From the sequence record NC_028945.1: a stretch of DNA of 64,000 nucleotides; one strand, written 5' to 3'. Below are positions 44,590 to 53,742 of this stretch, piece by piece. The notes below the pieces were generated by a model that saw only the letters and a list, made by a program, of their open reading frames with translations, was not told the DNA's origin and made no database searches. Every line of letters starts with the position of its first letter. Position 1 is the first letter of the stretch. A program made the translations under genes and the position numbers.

Positions 44590-45343
44590 GTTTGGTTAGA
44601 TCGGCGGTATAGAAACCGGCGGCATTGATACAGTTGGTTTCGAGGATGCTCAATCCGTCTTCGGTGCGGCAGACATCCAGAACATAGGCATCTGCATAGT
44701 TCGGGTTTAGTGCGATCATGCGAGTGGCGAAATCGAGTGCGTCCGAGTCAATCTCCGGTCGATAGATCACCTTTCTTCCCATACGGTATAGAGAATACGT
44801 AATGATTTGATCTTTGATCACCCAAATGCGCCATTCCTTCTGAATGGACGTTGGCAGCGACAAGATCATGATCGTATCCGGCGACAGCGAACCACCAATT
44901 AATTCATCCGGCGACAACGCACAAACCTTGACACACATGTCGCGGATTTCTTCTGGCGTCATCACCGTTCCGGCGATTTCCTTGCTATCCTGAAGCGGTC
45001 GAATGAAATAACATTCGGAAGGCAAAGACACTTGAGAAGCGAGTTGTTGGACGGTCCATATCCGCGAACAGGCGGGACCATTCAACAGATGCGGTTCCCA
45101 CGGCTTTTCGTGATAGAACGGGCGAAGCTCGAAAACTCCCGGATACAGGTGATGCTTCCGGGCATAGTGGCGAAGGCTGTACGATCCGAACATCAGGACG
45201 GCATCCGGATCGATAATCAGCGGCGCGGGGTCCAGTTCTCCAACGAAAGGGACAACCTTGTGCATCGAATATTCCAGACCAACCCGCTCAAGAATTTCTG
45301 CGAGGCGAGCCGTGTCTTCGTAGTCCTGAAGAATCCATTGCAT
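44555..45343 (-). CDS. ATP-grasp domain protein (R2K clade / DUF4343-like)
   Basis: FIRP..DSK...G, EWR..V....I...S.YR, YVLDV......ILE.N..N.AGFY. Confidence 0.78.
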   Translation of the reverse strand: MQWILQDYEDTARLAEILERVGLEYSMHKVVPFVGELDPAPLIIDPDAVLMFGSYSLRHYARKHHLYPGVFELRPFYHEKPWEPHLLNGPACSRIWTVQQLASQVSLPSECYFIRPLQDSKEIAGTVMTPEEIRDMCVKVCALSPDELIGGSLSPDTIMILSLPTSIQKEWRIWVIKDQIITYSLYRMGRKVIYRPEIDSDALDFATRMIALNPNYADAYVLDVCRTEDGLSILETNCINAAGFYTADLTKLVQAFEDYNAF

Positions 45344-45891
45344 CAGTTCAGCTTCAATCCTTTGTCGCGCTTCGTCTTGAAAGCGTCGGCGGTGTAATCG
45401 GAAATGATGATCTTGTAATCGTCAAGGTTGATCTTCGGATATCCCGCAACCGACATCCACATACCGCCCCAAAGCGTGCCGAGTTCGGTTTTGTAGACGC
45501 GCACCTTGTCGATCAGCATCGTCTGTTCTGATGCGAAATCGCGGCGACCGGATTCGATCAGGTCTTGGATGCGGGTGTAGAGCTTCGGGTCGATCTGCCC
45601 CGGATATGCTTCGGTGACCGACTTGAACAGAAGGTTCTTGTCGTTGCCGTAGCGACCGGACATTGCCGATTCGATGACTTCCTTCAGGTCTTCCTTCGCC
45701 ATTTCCGGGACTTGCGCGGCTTCCATGACAGAGTTGGACAGTTGCGACAGCTTGTTCTGATTCTGTTCGTACTGTGCGGTAATGCCGTTTTCGAGGCGGT
45801 TGCCCTTGTTGTAGGCGCTGGAATAGCTCAAGAAACCGACAGCGGCGATACCACCAACGATGACGAGTGCGGCAATGGTCTTAGCGGGCAT
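45343..45891 (-). CDS. LemA-like membrane-anchored protein
   Basis: N-terminal TM then SY..AYN....LE..I.A.Y....N.L helical domain. Confidence 0.65.
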   Translation of the reverse strand: MPAKTIAALVIVGGIAAVGFLSYSSAYNKGNRLENGITAQYEQNQNKLSQLSNSVMEAAQVPEMAKEDLKEVIESAMSGRYGNDKNLLFKSVTEAYPGQIDPKLYTRIQDLIESGRRDFASEQTMLIDKVRVYKTELGTLWGGMWMSVAGYPKINLDDYKIIISDYTADAFKTKRDKGLKLN

Positions 45892-47026
45892 AGGAGTAAT
45901 TTTCCTTTCGAGAAATAATGACAGTTACAAAAAGAGCAATGGCATTGGCAATGACCGCCAAGAAGATCAGCCAAAGAGGCGTTCGCAGTTCTTCCTTGAG
46001 AAATTCGAATTCTTCCATGGACCGGCGTTCATAGTTCTTCATGCCGATGTTTTCGATATACGAGATTACATTATTCAAATCAAGCGGTTTGTCACGGTCG
46101 CCAAGAATTTTATCTCTTAGCTCAACATCAAAAATTGATGCCTTTGACCACGACAGGACTTCCGCCCAATAGATGGAATTGTCCTTGATACCGAGGAACA
46201 CAACCGCGTCGTTCTTCTTGAAGCCTTTCCATGCGCGCCGGACCGCGTGAGCATATTCGGCGTTCTGAATTTTCGAAGCATCGACCACGACAATGACCGC
46301 GTTCATCTGTCGTTTCGGACCAAGCTGCTTCAGCGCTTCCGAGAGGCGACGATTGTATTTTTCAATGTCCGGGATCGTGACACCAATCGTGACGATCCGG
46401 TCAACCTTGAAGAAGTCGTAAATCTCAATCGGGTATTCAGGAATTAATTCCTTGTACTTTTCTTCAAGATTGCCGTCGTCATGGAAGATCGAATCGGAGG
46501 CAGCGCGAACCCAATTGCTGTAGCGGTTCTTGATCGAAGCCGGATCGCCGATCTTCACGGACTGGAAACGTGGCGGCGCTTGGGTGCCTTGTGCGTCGAT
46601 GCGCGGGACTTCCCATGACGACTTCTTCAGGTTTTCGGCATAGATGAAATAGCGCCGTTCCCAATCAAACTTGTATTTGTATTCGGTATGATAATTCGAG
46701 ACACACCGACGATCCTTGCCGGAACCGGTACAGGTTTGACCGTCATAGACTTCGCGCGTTCTATACTCGGTACAGAACCCATCCTGAAAGCGCTGCCATC
46801 CATACGGGCACTGTTGGGTGGTCGCGCGTTTGTCGGAAATCTCACCATTCCAGAGTTCGACGTCACTTGCTGAGAAATCGAAAATCGACAGGAACAGAAC
46901 GAACAAGGTTGCCGCGAACATGCCGAGCATGCCCATACCGTAAAAGTGTGGGTTCATCTTGCTTGTCAGTTTGATGACAGAGAGGATGACGGCGGCAATC
47001 AGAAAGACCACCCAAATAGCATTCAT
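45881..47026 (-). CDS. membrane protein with large periplasmic domain (C-terminal TPM-like)
   Basis: two N-terminal TMs, four Cys, N..IV.V...W.G.KKND.VV..G...W..V.SW, C-terminal TM. Confidence 0.65.
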   Translation of the reverse strand: MNAIWVVFLIAAVILSVIKLTSKMNPHFYGMGMLGMFAATLFVLFLSIFDFSASDVELWNGEISDKRATTQQCPYGWQRFQDGFCTEYRTREVYDGQTCTGSGKDRRCVSNYHTEYKYKFDWERRYFIYAENLKKSSWEVPRIDAQGTQAPPRFQSVKIGDPASIKNRYSNWVRAASDSIFHDDGNLEEKYKELIPEYPIEIYDFFKVDRIVTIGVTIPDIEKYNRRLSEALKQLGPKRQMNAVIVVVDASKIQNAEYAHAVRRAWKGFKKNDAVVFLGIKDNSIYWAEVLSWSKASIFDVELRDKILGDRDKPLDLNNVISYIENIGMKNYERRSMEEFEFLKEELRTPLWLIFLAVIANAIALFVTVIISRKENYSYAR

Positions 47027-47032
47027 GATATA

Positions 47033-47251
47033 TTAGCCTTTCTTGAGGGCGGCAACGACGTCTTGTGCCCATGAATGCAGAACATCCTTGTCCATGGTCG
47101 GACGGTACTCATTGATCAATGGTTGAAGGTCTTCGATGAACACGATGTCGCCTTCCGGATGTTCCTCATAGGTGACGCCATATCCGTCCGACACATAGAA
47201 GCCGTTTTCCAGATAGGTGACTCCATAGCCTTCGGCGATGTAGCGCTTCAT
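47033..47251 (-). CDS. hypothetical protein
   Basis: internal repeat GYGVTY x2. Confidence 0.65.
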   Translation of the reverse strand: MKRYIAEGYGVTYLENGFYVSDGYGVTYEEHPEGDIVFIEDLQPLINEYRPTMDKDVLHSWAQDVVAALKKG

Positions 47252-47565
47252 TCAATCTTTCCTTCCACGATCTTTCGAAGCTTTTCGATTTCTTTGAGGG
47301 CGGTTTGATAGTTCATGTCCTGATCGAAATTCCAGTAGCCGTTGTGCTTGTCGTGCATCAATGCGTGATAGCTGCGGGCAATCGCCTCAAACGAATGGAG
47401 CAATTGTGCTACCGGATCGATGAAATAATCATGTTCTTTCGAAACCAGTTCGCCGTTCTGAAACGCATGAGACAGCGCCTTGTAATACGCTTCCTTGTCT
47501 GTCTCTTTGTTCGTCATGAAAGCGACCAAGCGGAGTTGGTTCAATTCATCTGTCAAGGATTTCAT
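47248..47565 (-). CDS. hypothetical protein
   Basis: RBS AAGG; coupled. Confidence 0.65.
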   Translation of the reverse strand: MKSLTDELNQLRLVAFMTNKETDKEAYYKALSHAFQNGELVSKEHDYFIDPVAQLLHSFEAIARSYHALMHDKHNGYWNFDQDMNYQTALKEIEKLRKIVEGKIE

Positions 47566-47581
47566 GATATATTAGCCTTCC

Positions 47582-48451
47582 CTAAATCTTGCTTGTCATC
47601 GTCCTGCTACCGAGCGGAATGATTCCAAGTCGTGTGTTCGGTATTCCTGAATCGTTACGGTCGCCCTTATATACTGCCGACAAGACAGGTTCAAATGAAT
47701 ATTTCAATTCGTCACCATTTTCGTGTAGGCGATAGGCGCATATTTTTGAATTTTCAATCTTCACGTCGCCTTGACAGACCAGCGTCACGTTCTGTGGACC
47801 GTAATCCCCGGAACCGTAGGCGTTGCCGTAGGCACTCATCATCTTCAGTTCGGGACTTTTGATCCGTCGAAACAGTGACGTTTTGTTCGGCAAGCCTTCC
47901 GGATATTTTGATTTTACGTCTTCGATGAAGGATTGGACTTCCTCATGCGCGTGGACTTCCGGTTCCCGGCGTTGTGACATGCCGCCCCACTGTTGGAAGT
48001 GAGTGGCGTCTGTGCCGTGCTTGTGTGATGTCCACAAACAGTCATCACCATTTTCTGTAATGAAATGAAAATCTGCCTTGGGTGTTCCCGGTGTCGAGAC
48101 GCAATCCACCACGGTATAGGTGACGTCGCTGAACTGGATATCGACCGCACCAAGCGACTTGATCCGTTCCGACAGCTTTTCGATTTGGGTGTTTTCGCGG
48201 GCGAGATTACAATCGCCGCCGCCGAACTCTTCGTTCTTGGCGATATTCGAGAAACGGTATTGTTTGCCGTCGCACTCGAATGTTACTTTGAAATTTTGAT
48301 CTTGAATGGAATTATAAACAGATTCATCAAATGTAAAGGTGACGCGGGAACCATCCATTAGTTGAAATGGTTCGCCGCTTTGGTATTTTCGCAGAAATAA
48401 TTCCATTCGTGCTTCCGATTTAAGAAGCTCGTATGGATAGAGGGCTTTCAA
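47582..48451 (-). CDS. putative PD-(D/E)XK-type nuclease
   Basis: TPKAD...(W)TSHK.G...FQQWGG.S motif. Confidence 0.5.
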   Translation of the reverse strand: MKALYPYELLKSEARMELFLRKYQSGEPFQLMDGSRVTFTFDESVYNSIQDQNFKVTFECDGKQYRFSNIAKNEEFGGGDCNLARENTQIEKLSERIKSLGAVDIQFSDVTYTVVDCVSTPGTPKADFHFITENGDDCLWTSHKHGTDATHFQQWGGMSQRREPEVHAHEEVQSFIEDVKSKYPEGLPNKTSLFRRIKSPELKMMSAYGNAYGSGDYGPQNVTLVCQGDVKIENSKICAYRLHENGDELKYSFEPVLSAVYKGDRNDSGIPNTRLGIIPLGSRTMTSKI

Positions 48452-49392
48452 GGTTCTATTGCGTTCCTGATCTTTTCTTTGAGTTTGTTGATTTGAGACA
48501 TCGCTGTTGACTTGGCGGAAGACGAATTCTTCATCGGACTGATGCTCGCCACTTGCGAATGGATGCTCGACACTGCCGTGAGGATTTCATTAACAAGGAC
48601 GGGTCCAAAGTCTTCGGTTGTGATTGGTTCAACCTTCGCCTTGACCAAGGTGCGGACGAACTTCCGGATCACGGCTTCGTGCGTTTGAGCTTCCTTCAGT
48701 GTTTTGAAGACATACACGCGACCGGTGTCCTTGATCCAAGGATACATCGTTTCGTCCATGGTGGAGAATATGTAGCCGGAACTGGAACCGGTTGCTTCCG
48801 CGTAGCGAATATTCGAATGATTCGAGTTCTTCAGCTTGCCCGGATAGGACGCCATGAGCTTGTTGAATTCCGATGCCGCCGCGCCGGACGCGTTCAGCTT
48901 GTACGGACCAGCCGAACCATAACCGACAGAGCCAAGCGAGAATGACGACTGAATATAGTCTGATCCGGTATCCGCCAATTCGCCGACGATCTTGAATTCA
49001 ACCGGCGTCCGGATTGTCTCCGGGTCGGACATGACCTTGGTGGCGTTCTGGTATTCCAGCAATTGCTTTTTGATTTGATATTCTCGGTCGATGTTGACCG
49101 GATCAGAACTGTCATACATTGCGTTCAGTTCAGCCGACAATTCCTTGAAATGCGCCAGCGAGCCAACCTGATTGCCATCAGCATCGGCGAAACCGATATG
49201 CTTTGGTGGCGTCGTGGTGACACGCTGAATGCCTTCAACCATATCGATCCTGAATTGTGCGCCATTGTAATTGGTGACCGTGAAACGTTCGGTAATGCCG
49301 GGGATTTCATATGTTCCGGGAGGAAATGCGGCAAGGAATCCGCCATCAATAGCGACGGCTTCGAATGAGTTTAGATGTTCAAATACTTTCAT
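48448..49392 (-). CDS. hypothetical protein (possible virion protein)
   Basis: 314-aa ORF coupled to the nuclease-like gene. Confidence 0.7.
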   Translation of the reverse strand: MKVFEHLNSFEAVAIDGGFLAAFPPGTYEIPGITERFTVTNYNGAQFRIDMVEGIQRVTTTPPKHIGFADADGNQVGSLAHFKELSAELNAMYDSSDPVNIDREYQIKKQLLEYQNATKVMSDPETIRTPVEFKIVGELADTGSDYIQSSFSLGSVGYGSAGPYKLNASGAAASEFNKLMASYPGKLKNSNHSNIRYAEATGSSSGYIFSTMDETMYPWIKDTGRVYVFKTLKEAQTHEAVIRKFVRTLVKAKVEPITTEDFGPVLVNEILTAVSSIHSQVASISPMKNSSSAKSTAMSQINKLKEKIRNAIEP

Positions 49393-49414
49393 AAACTATT
49401 ATATTATCCTTTGC

Positions 49415-49678
49415 TTATGGAATGGGTCTGCCGTGTTCGAAACCGGCTGCTTCAAGCTCCGGGAATGTGATGCCCTTGATCCTCTCTTCCGGGATTTTGG
49501 CGATCACCACGGCATTGGTCCAGTGTGAGTCGGTGTGCGGCATTGCCGTGCCCAACTGAAGATACTGGTAGATGAAGAAGTGCGGATAGTCGTTCTTGTC
49601 GAAGTTTTGCGGATCAGGCGGAACCTTCATTCCAGCCTGTTTCGCCATAGGTACGAGCATTTCAACGAATGCGATCAT
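49415..49678 (-). CDS. hypothetical protein
   Basis: RBS AAGGA; HF.......Q...P......NA..IA pattern. Confidence 0.65.
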   Translation of the reverse strand: MIAFVEMLVPMAKQAGMKVPPDPQNFDKNDYPHFFIYQYLQLGTAMPHTDSHWTNAVVIAKIPEERIKGITFPELEAAGFEHGRPIP

Positions 49679-49692
49679 GTTATTCCTTTAAA

Positions 49693-49830
49693 CTATGGAG
49701 TGATGCCGCCCGGAAGAGTAATCCAGACGGTCACACAAGGGATCAGATTGAGGCAGAGACGCTTGTTGTGGGGCGACCAATGCGCACCAATCCACAAGCT
49801 TCCGAGACGGAAAAGGACGCCAGCCTTCAT
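49693..49830 (-). CDS. 45-aa conserved phage peptide (MKAGVLFRLGSLWIGAHWS...LIPCVTVWITLPGG)
   Basis: ATGA coupling; below track cutoff. Confidence 0.65.
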   Translation of the reverse strand: MKAGVLFRLGSLWIGAHWSPHNKRLCLNLIPCVTVWITLPGGITP

Positions 49831-50141
49831 GCGCCGACACTTTCTTGACAGAATTTCAGCGCTTCGTCAAGCGTCTTACAATCGAAAACGATCTTTGGAC
49901 GAATGCCCGCCTTGACGTCGGCATCAGAGACCGTTTCGGCATCGCGAACGACATAGGTACAGTCGAGTTCGACATAACCGTAGCCGTCCGCCGCGCGACT
50001 GTCCTTGACGTAGCGAGACTTGCGGATGCTACACACCTGAAACCGAGAACGCGTTCCCGGAACAATCGCGCATTCCAATTCCGTGCCGTTCTTCTCATAG
50101 GAAGGTGAGCGGGAAGGTGTAACGGTTCGCCAGTTCAGCAT
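49827..50141 (-). CDS. hypothetical protein
   Basis: RBS AAAGGAG; ATG 50141. Confidence 0.65.
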   Translation of the reverse strand: MLNWRTVTPSRSPSYEKNGTELECAIVPGTRSRFQVCSIRKSRYVKDSRAADGYGYVELDCTYVVRDAETVSDADVKAGIRPKIVFDCKTLDEALKFCQESVGA

Positions 50142-50158
50142 GAAGGACTCCTTTCGAG

Positions 50159-50344
50159 TCAGATTGAAGGTCGATGTGTGCTCAAGTTTACGCGAACATA
50201 ATTGCCGTTGATGATGTGTGTGACCTTCATGACGCGATACAAACATCCATTCGGAAGTTCGACACCTTCGCCAACACGAGGAACACATGACAATCGGGTG
50301 GTGTAGCATCCGTTGTCGTGTGTGAAATAAACTTCAGTTTCCAT
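50159..50344 (-). CDS. hypothetical protein
   Basis: VPRVGE.V motif. Confidence 0.6.
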   Translation of the reverse strand: METEVYFTHDNGCYTTRLSCVPRVGEGVELPNGCLYRVMKVTHIINGNYVRVNLSTHRPSI

Positions 50345-50357
50345 TTATCAAAACCTT

Positions 50358-50465
50358 TTAAGCGCCGAAGAACGACAGAGCGGAAACAAGAGCACGCAAC
50401 TTGGCTTCGGTTTCGACGCAAGCAACACGGACGGCAGCGAATTCAAGAAGGAGCACGGTTCTCAT
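50358..50465 (-). CDS. 35-aa hydrophobic peptide
   Basis: first ORF after cassette. Confidence 0.5.
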   Translation of the reverse strand: MRTVLLLEFAAVRVACVETEAKLRALVSALSFFGA

Positions 50466-50549
50466 TTCGAAACACTCTTCGTTTCTCTCTATAATTTAAA
50501 ACTATAGGAAATTCGAAGAGTGGTCAAGTGGAATATTTGGAATTATTTC
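50466..50549 (-). promoter_or_regulatory. conserved early promoter/leader cassette
   Basis: TTGAC(50527)-N18-TAGTTT. Confidence 0.8.
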
Positions 50550-50752
50550 GACATCGCCCAGCCGGTCAATATGCCGTCGATGTAATCTTGCGAGACGAAA
50601 TATTCGTTGATCCTGAAACGATAGTCGCCCGTGTCGAAATCGACTTGACAGGACGCGACGTGTTCGCCGTAGCTATATTCGGCATATCCGTCTTCTTCAC
50701 CATTGGCGTATGTGAGAAGGTTGTGGGATGTAAGACCGGCTTTGTACTTCAT
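50543..50752 (-). CDS. hypothetical protein
   Basis: RBS AAAGGA. Confidence 0.6.
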   Translation of the reverse strand: MKYKAGLTSHNLLTYANGEEDGYAEYSYGEHVASCQVDFDTGDYRFRINEYFVSQDYIDGILTGWAMSK

Positions 50753-50767
50753 GTTGTAATCCTTTCG

Positions 50768-51169
50768 TCAAATTTTCTTCATCAGATAATCGATGAACTT
50801 CGAGTCGGTAATCGGTTCAAAACCAAACCCTGCGACATAGTGCCATTCGTTAGTATCCGGTGTGTAGACAACGTCACCCTTGCTCATGGAGCGCGGGAAG
50901 TCCGTGTGACACGTCGTCATCATGTCGAACCGCCATTCGCTGTTCATCCGGTCGTACAGTTCGTCCTTGTCGTCGCAATCCTTGACGAGCGCTGCCATTT
51001 CAAACGTGTCGTGCTTGATCGCCCCTTCGTACTTCGGTTCCCGTTCGCCGCGCGGCTCACTGTCGAGATAGGCGATGCCAGCTTCAGAACCGGACCAGCA
51101 CCCAACCGCGTGGAGTTGGTCGATCTGCGCGTCACTCATGCGGCGATAGAAAACAATAAAAGCGGACAT
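50768..51169 (-). CDS. hypothetical protein (YodL-like RSMS.GDV motif)
   Basis: RSMSKGDVV...W.YVA.FGF. Confidence 0.65.
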   Translation of the reverse strand: MSAFIVFYRRMSDAQIDQLHAVGCWSGSEAGIAYLDSEPRGEREPKYEGAIKHDTFEMAALVKDCDDKDELYDRMNSEWRFDMMTTCHTDFPRSMSKGDVVYTPDTNEWHYVAGFGFEPITDSKFIDYLMKKI

Positions 51170-51183
51170 TGTCGAAACCTTTC

Positions 51184-51384
51184 TTAGGCGACACGGTACA
51201 TGTCAGAAGCTTCTTGGAACGACTTCGCTTTGCGACGAAGCTTGGCGTAGAGAAGCGCGTCTTTCTTGGTGGAGAAGTTCTGAATTTCAGCGCCGGGACC
51301 GGCAACTTGCCAACGCAACGGAGCATCATGCCAGTCGCCATCATGGATTTCGCGTGCGAGCTTCGAAACAACGATCTTGGTCAT
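51184..51384 (-). CDS. hypothetical protein
   Basis: first ORF after cassette. Confidence 0.7.
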   Translation of the reverse strand: MTKIVVSKLAREIHDGDWHDAPLRWQVAGPGAEIQNFSTKKDALLYAKLRRKAKSFQEASDMYRVA

Positions 51385-51475
51385 TTGGAGAACCTTTCTC
51401 TCTTGTGTCTCTCTATAATTCAAACTTAAAGACAAACCCGATTCCAGTCAAGCGGTAATTTGAAATAATTTCAAA
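51385..51475 (-). promoter_or_regulatory. conserved early promoter/leader cassette
   Basis: TTGAC(51451)-N18-TAAGTT. Confidence 0.8.
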
Positions 51476-51477
51476 TT

Positions 51478-51957
51478 TCAGAACGGGATTTCGTCGTCGC
51501 CGTAGTCCTTCGCGAGGGTCTGGCGATAGGCTTCTTCGCGTTCCTTCCGGTAGGTGGCGACTTCAGCGCGGGCTTGTTCGGTCGCGCCGCCGAGTTCGAC
51601 GCCGTCATACAATTCCCATTCATCGGAGTTCAGGCACTTGATGGCTTCTTCAAGCGTGTCGAACGAGTTGGCGACGTACTTGCGGGTGGTTCCGCGATCT
51701 TCATCGACACTCATCACGAGAACTTGGAACGGCTTGTCGAGGCTGATCGACGGCTTGTCGAAGAAGAGTTCTTGAAGCGAACAGCCGGTGACGCTCACTT
51801 TGGCAACACCGTCGAAGCTCACGGCATAGGAAGAGCCGAAGTCTGGCGTTTCGCCGACGTAGTAGACAGCGAACTTGCGGGCGGCTTTGACGGTCTTGTA
51901 TGACTTGGCTTTGTAGAAGCCGTCGATGGTGGAAACGGAAACAGTGATCTTGGTCAT
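51478..51957 (-). CDS. hypothetical protein with acidic DEIPF tail
   Basis: first ORF after cassette; ends GDDEIPF (SSB-C-terminus-like). Confidence 0.7.
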   Translation of the reverse strand: MTKITVSVSTIDGFYKAKSYKTVKAARKFAVYYVGETPDFGSSYAVSFDGVAKVSVTGCSLQELFFDKPSISLDKPFQVLVMSVDEDRGTTRKYVANSFDTLEEAIKCLNSDEWELYDGVELGGATEQARAEVATYRKEREEAYRQTLAKDYGDDEIPF

Positions 51958-52045
51958 CTGAAGGTCTTTCTTCGTTTCTCTCTATAATTAGAAATTAGAC
52001 GAGATTCGGAGAAAGGTCAACAGGGAATTTGAAATTAAACGAAAT
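51958..52045 (-). promoter_or_regulatory. conserved early promoter/leader cassette
   Basis: TTGAC(52020)-N18-TAATTT. Confidence 0.8.
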
Positions 52046-52413
52046 TATTTCAGGTCGAATGTCTCGGTTGCCATACCGCCGCGACCATTGGGTGTCCAGT
52101 ACCAGCAGTGTTTGCCGCTCCGGGTGATGAACGCTTCTACGTCGTCATGGCGCATGTAGCTAATCGTATGCGACGTTTTGCGCTGGCGAGGAAGCGAGAA
52201 CCCTTGTTCGGATAGCAGCTTGTGCCCGATCACGAACGGGTGGTCTTCGATGTCCTTCAGATATTCGTCCTTGACGATCTTGCGTGGTGGTCCATTACCG
52301 AATCCAGTCTTCAGGCACGAGGATGCCTGAAGATAGGTGTCCATGTGAATGTTCTTCGGCAGGTTGCCGGTGATGTGGGCATAAGCCAATGCGGTCTTCA
52401 GACTGTTCCTCAT
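52045..52413 (-). CDS. hypothetical protein
   Basis: RBS AAAGGA. Confidence 0.6.
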   Translation of the reverse strand: MRNSLKTALAYAHITGNLPKNIHMDTYLQASSCLKTGFGNGPPRKIVKDEYLKDIEDHPFVIGHKLLSEQGFSLPRQRKTSHTISYMRHDDVEAFITRSGKHCWYWTPNGRGGMATETFDLK

Positions 52414-52414
52414 A

Positions 52415-52690
52415 TCAGTAAATTCCTTTCTTCAGGCTGATTCTGATTGGCTTGTCGGTTTCGACGCGGTCGGCTTTGTTCCGCTCACATTTCGCGACAA
52501 AGTCTTTGCCTTCTTCGACCCAACGGTCAAGCGACATTTGGTTGAGGTAGCAGCAGTACACGGAATGCGTCTCGTAGAATTTGGCGGGAACATCGTCATA
52601 GACGAAGTACCAGTAGCCGTCGCCACGGGCAAGATCGAGCTTGTCGCACTTGATTTTCGACAGGACTTGCTTTGCGGTCTTCGCGTACAT
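52415..52690 (-). CDS. hypothetical protein
   Basis: L.L.RG.GY.YF.YDD...SV....LN...L..W pattern. Confidence 0.65.
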   Translation of the reverse strand: MYAKTAKQVLSKIKCDKLDLARGDGYWYFVYDDVPAKFYETHSVYCCYLNQMSLDRWVEEGKDFVAKCERNKADRVETDKPIRISLKKGIY

Positions 52691-52691
52691 G

Positions 52692-52916
52692 TCAATATCC
52701 CTTCTGGACCTTTTCCCGCTTCCATACATTCCATGCAAATTGCGGCTTCTTGAAAGAGCCGAACTTGTACCGCGTGTACTTGGCATCAAAGCCTTGTGCC
52801 TTCAGTTCTTCGACGGCGGCTTCGGCTTCGGCTTCGTTCTTGGGCGCGGGAAACAGGAAGACTCTTTCGAAAGGGTTCTTCGGCATGTTGGCGACAACTC
52901 TGTTCGGCTTGGACAT
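52692..52916 (-). CDS. hypothetical protein
   Basis: first ORF after cassette. Confidence 0.65.
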   Translation of the reverse strand: MSKPNRVVANMPKNPFERVFLFPAPKNEAEAEAAVEELKAQGFDAKYTRYKFGSFKKPQFAWNVWKREKVQKGY

Positions 52917-53003
52917 TTCGAAGAACCTTTCTTTTCTCTCTATGTTTAGAGAATAGGAAAATTCCCCGCTGGTGTCAACGGGGAATTCGAAATTATTTGA
53001 AAT
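52917..53003 (-). promoter_or_regulatory. conserved early promoter cassette with -35 inside a 9-bp inverted repeat
   Basis: AATTCCCCG-TTGACACCAG-CGGGGAATT; -10 TATTCT. Confidence 0.82.
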
Positions 53004-53005
53004 TT

Positions 53006-53731
53006 TCAATCATCGTAATCGTCAAAGGCGTCGTGTCGTTCTTCCCGCTTGTACTTGCCGATGATCGTTTTTTCGCCAAGATATTGTGTGCGTTCGTACC
53101 AGCCGACTTTGAGATATTCCTCATACTGTTCATCAGTCAGACGCAAGCCGAGATTGAGCGTGTCGCCATTACCGGGGACATAATAGATCGGATCGCGGTC
53201 GGAATAATAATCCCGTTCCGGAATGATCAACACATCGGGATTGTCCTTCTCATTCTGAACGATATCCCGGATGCGGTAATAGCGGTCGAGATACGAGTCA
53301 CGGATCATACGGTTGATGTATTTGCCGTTGATATCGCAGAACGTGTAATCCGCATAGCAATAGCCGATCACTTCGACATCGTCCGGCAGTTCTTGCCCGA
53401 ATTCGAGGTTCGGCGGCGGGTACTTGTCGTCATACCAGTCGTGTTTGCCTTCCCGGATCGAGTCGATTTGCGAACGGGACATCGGCAGGAAATTTGCCTT
53501 GTATTTGTCTTTCGACTTCTGGTGATGTGGCATGATGAATTCATAATGCTTGATGTCGTCGGGAGACTTCACCTTCTTGTATTCGTCCGCCTTCATCACA
53601 TGGGTGTAGATTTCGTCCTGCCCGACATTGCGCCAGTAGACGAGCACGAATTCATCCGTTCCCGGAATGGCGACAGAGACCGCTTCGACGTTGATGACGA
53701 TGGTCTTGGTAAGCTTCTTGACGTCGGTCAT
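53006..53731 (-). CDS. hypothetical protein (Tyr/Asp-rich)
   Basis: RBS AAAGGA; ATG 53731. Confidence 0.7.
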   Translation of the reverse strand: MTDVKKLTKTIVINVEAVSVAIPGTDEFVLVYWRNVGQDEIYTHVMKADEYKKVKSPDDIKHYEFIMPHHQKSKDKYKANFLPMSRSQIDSIREGKHDWYDDKYPPPNLEFGQELPDDVEVIGYCYADYTFCDINGKYINRMIRDSYLDRYYRIRDIVQNEKDNPDVLIIPERDYYSDRDPIYYVPGNGDTLNLGLRLTDEQYEEYLKVGWYERTQYLGEKTIIGKYKREERHDAFDDYDD

Positions 53732-53742
53732 TGGTCGTCCTT

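Larger units (their letters stand above)
47022..47579. repeat. 19-bp exact direct repeat flanking a two-gene cassette
   Basis: TTCATGATATATTAGCCTT at 47022-47040 and 47561-47579 (minus strand: RBS + ATG). Confidence 0.8.
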
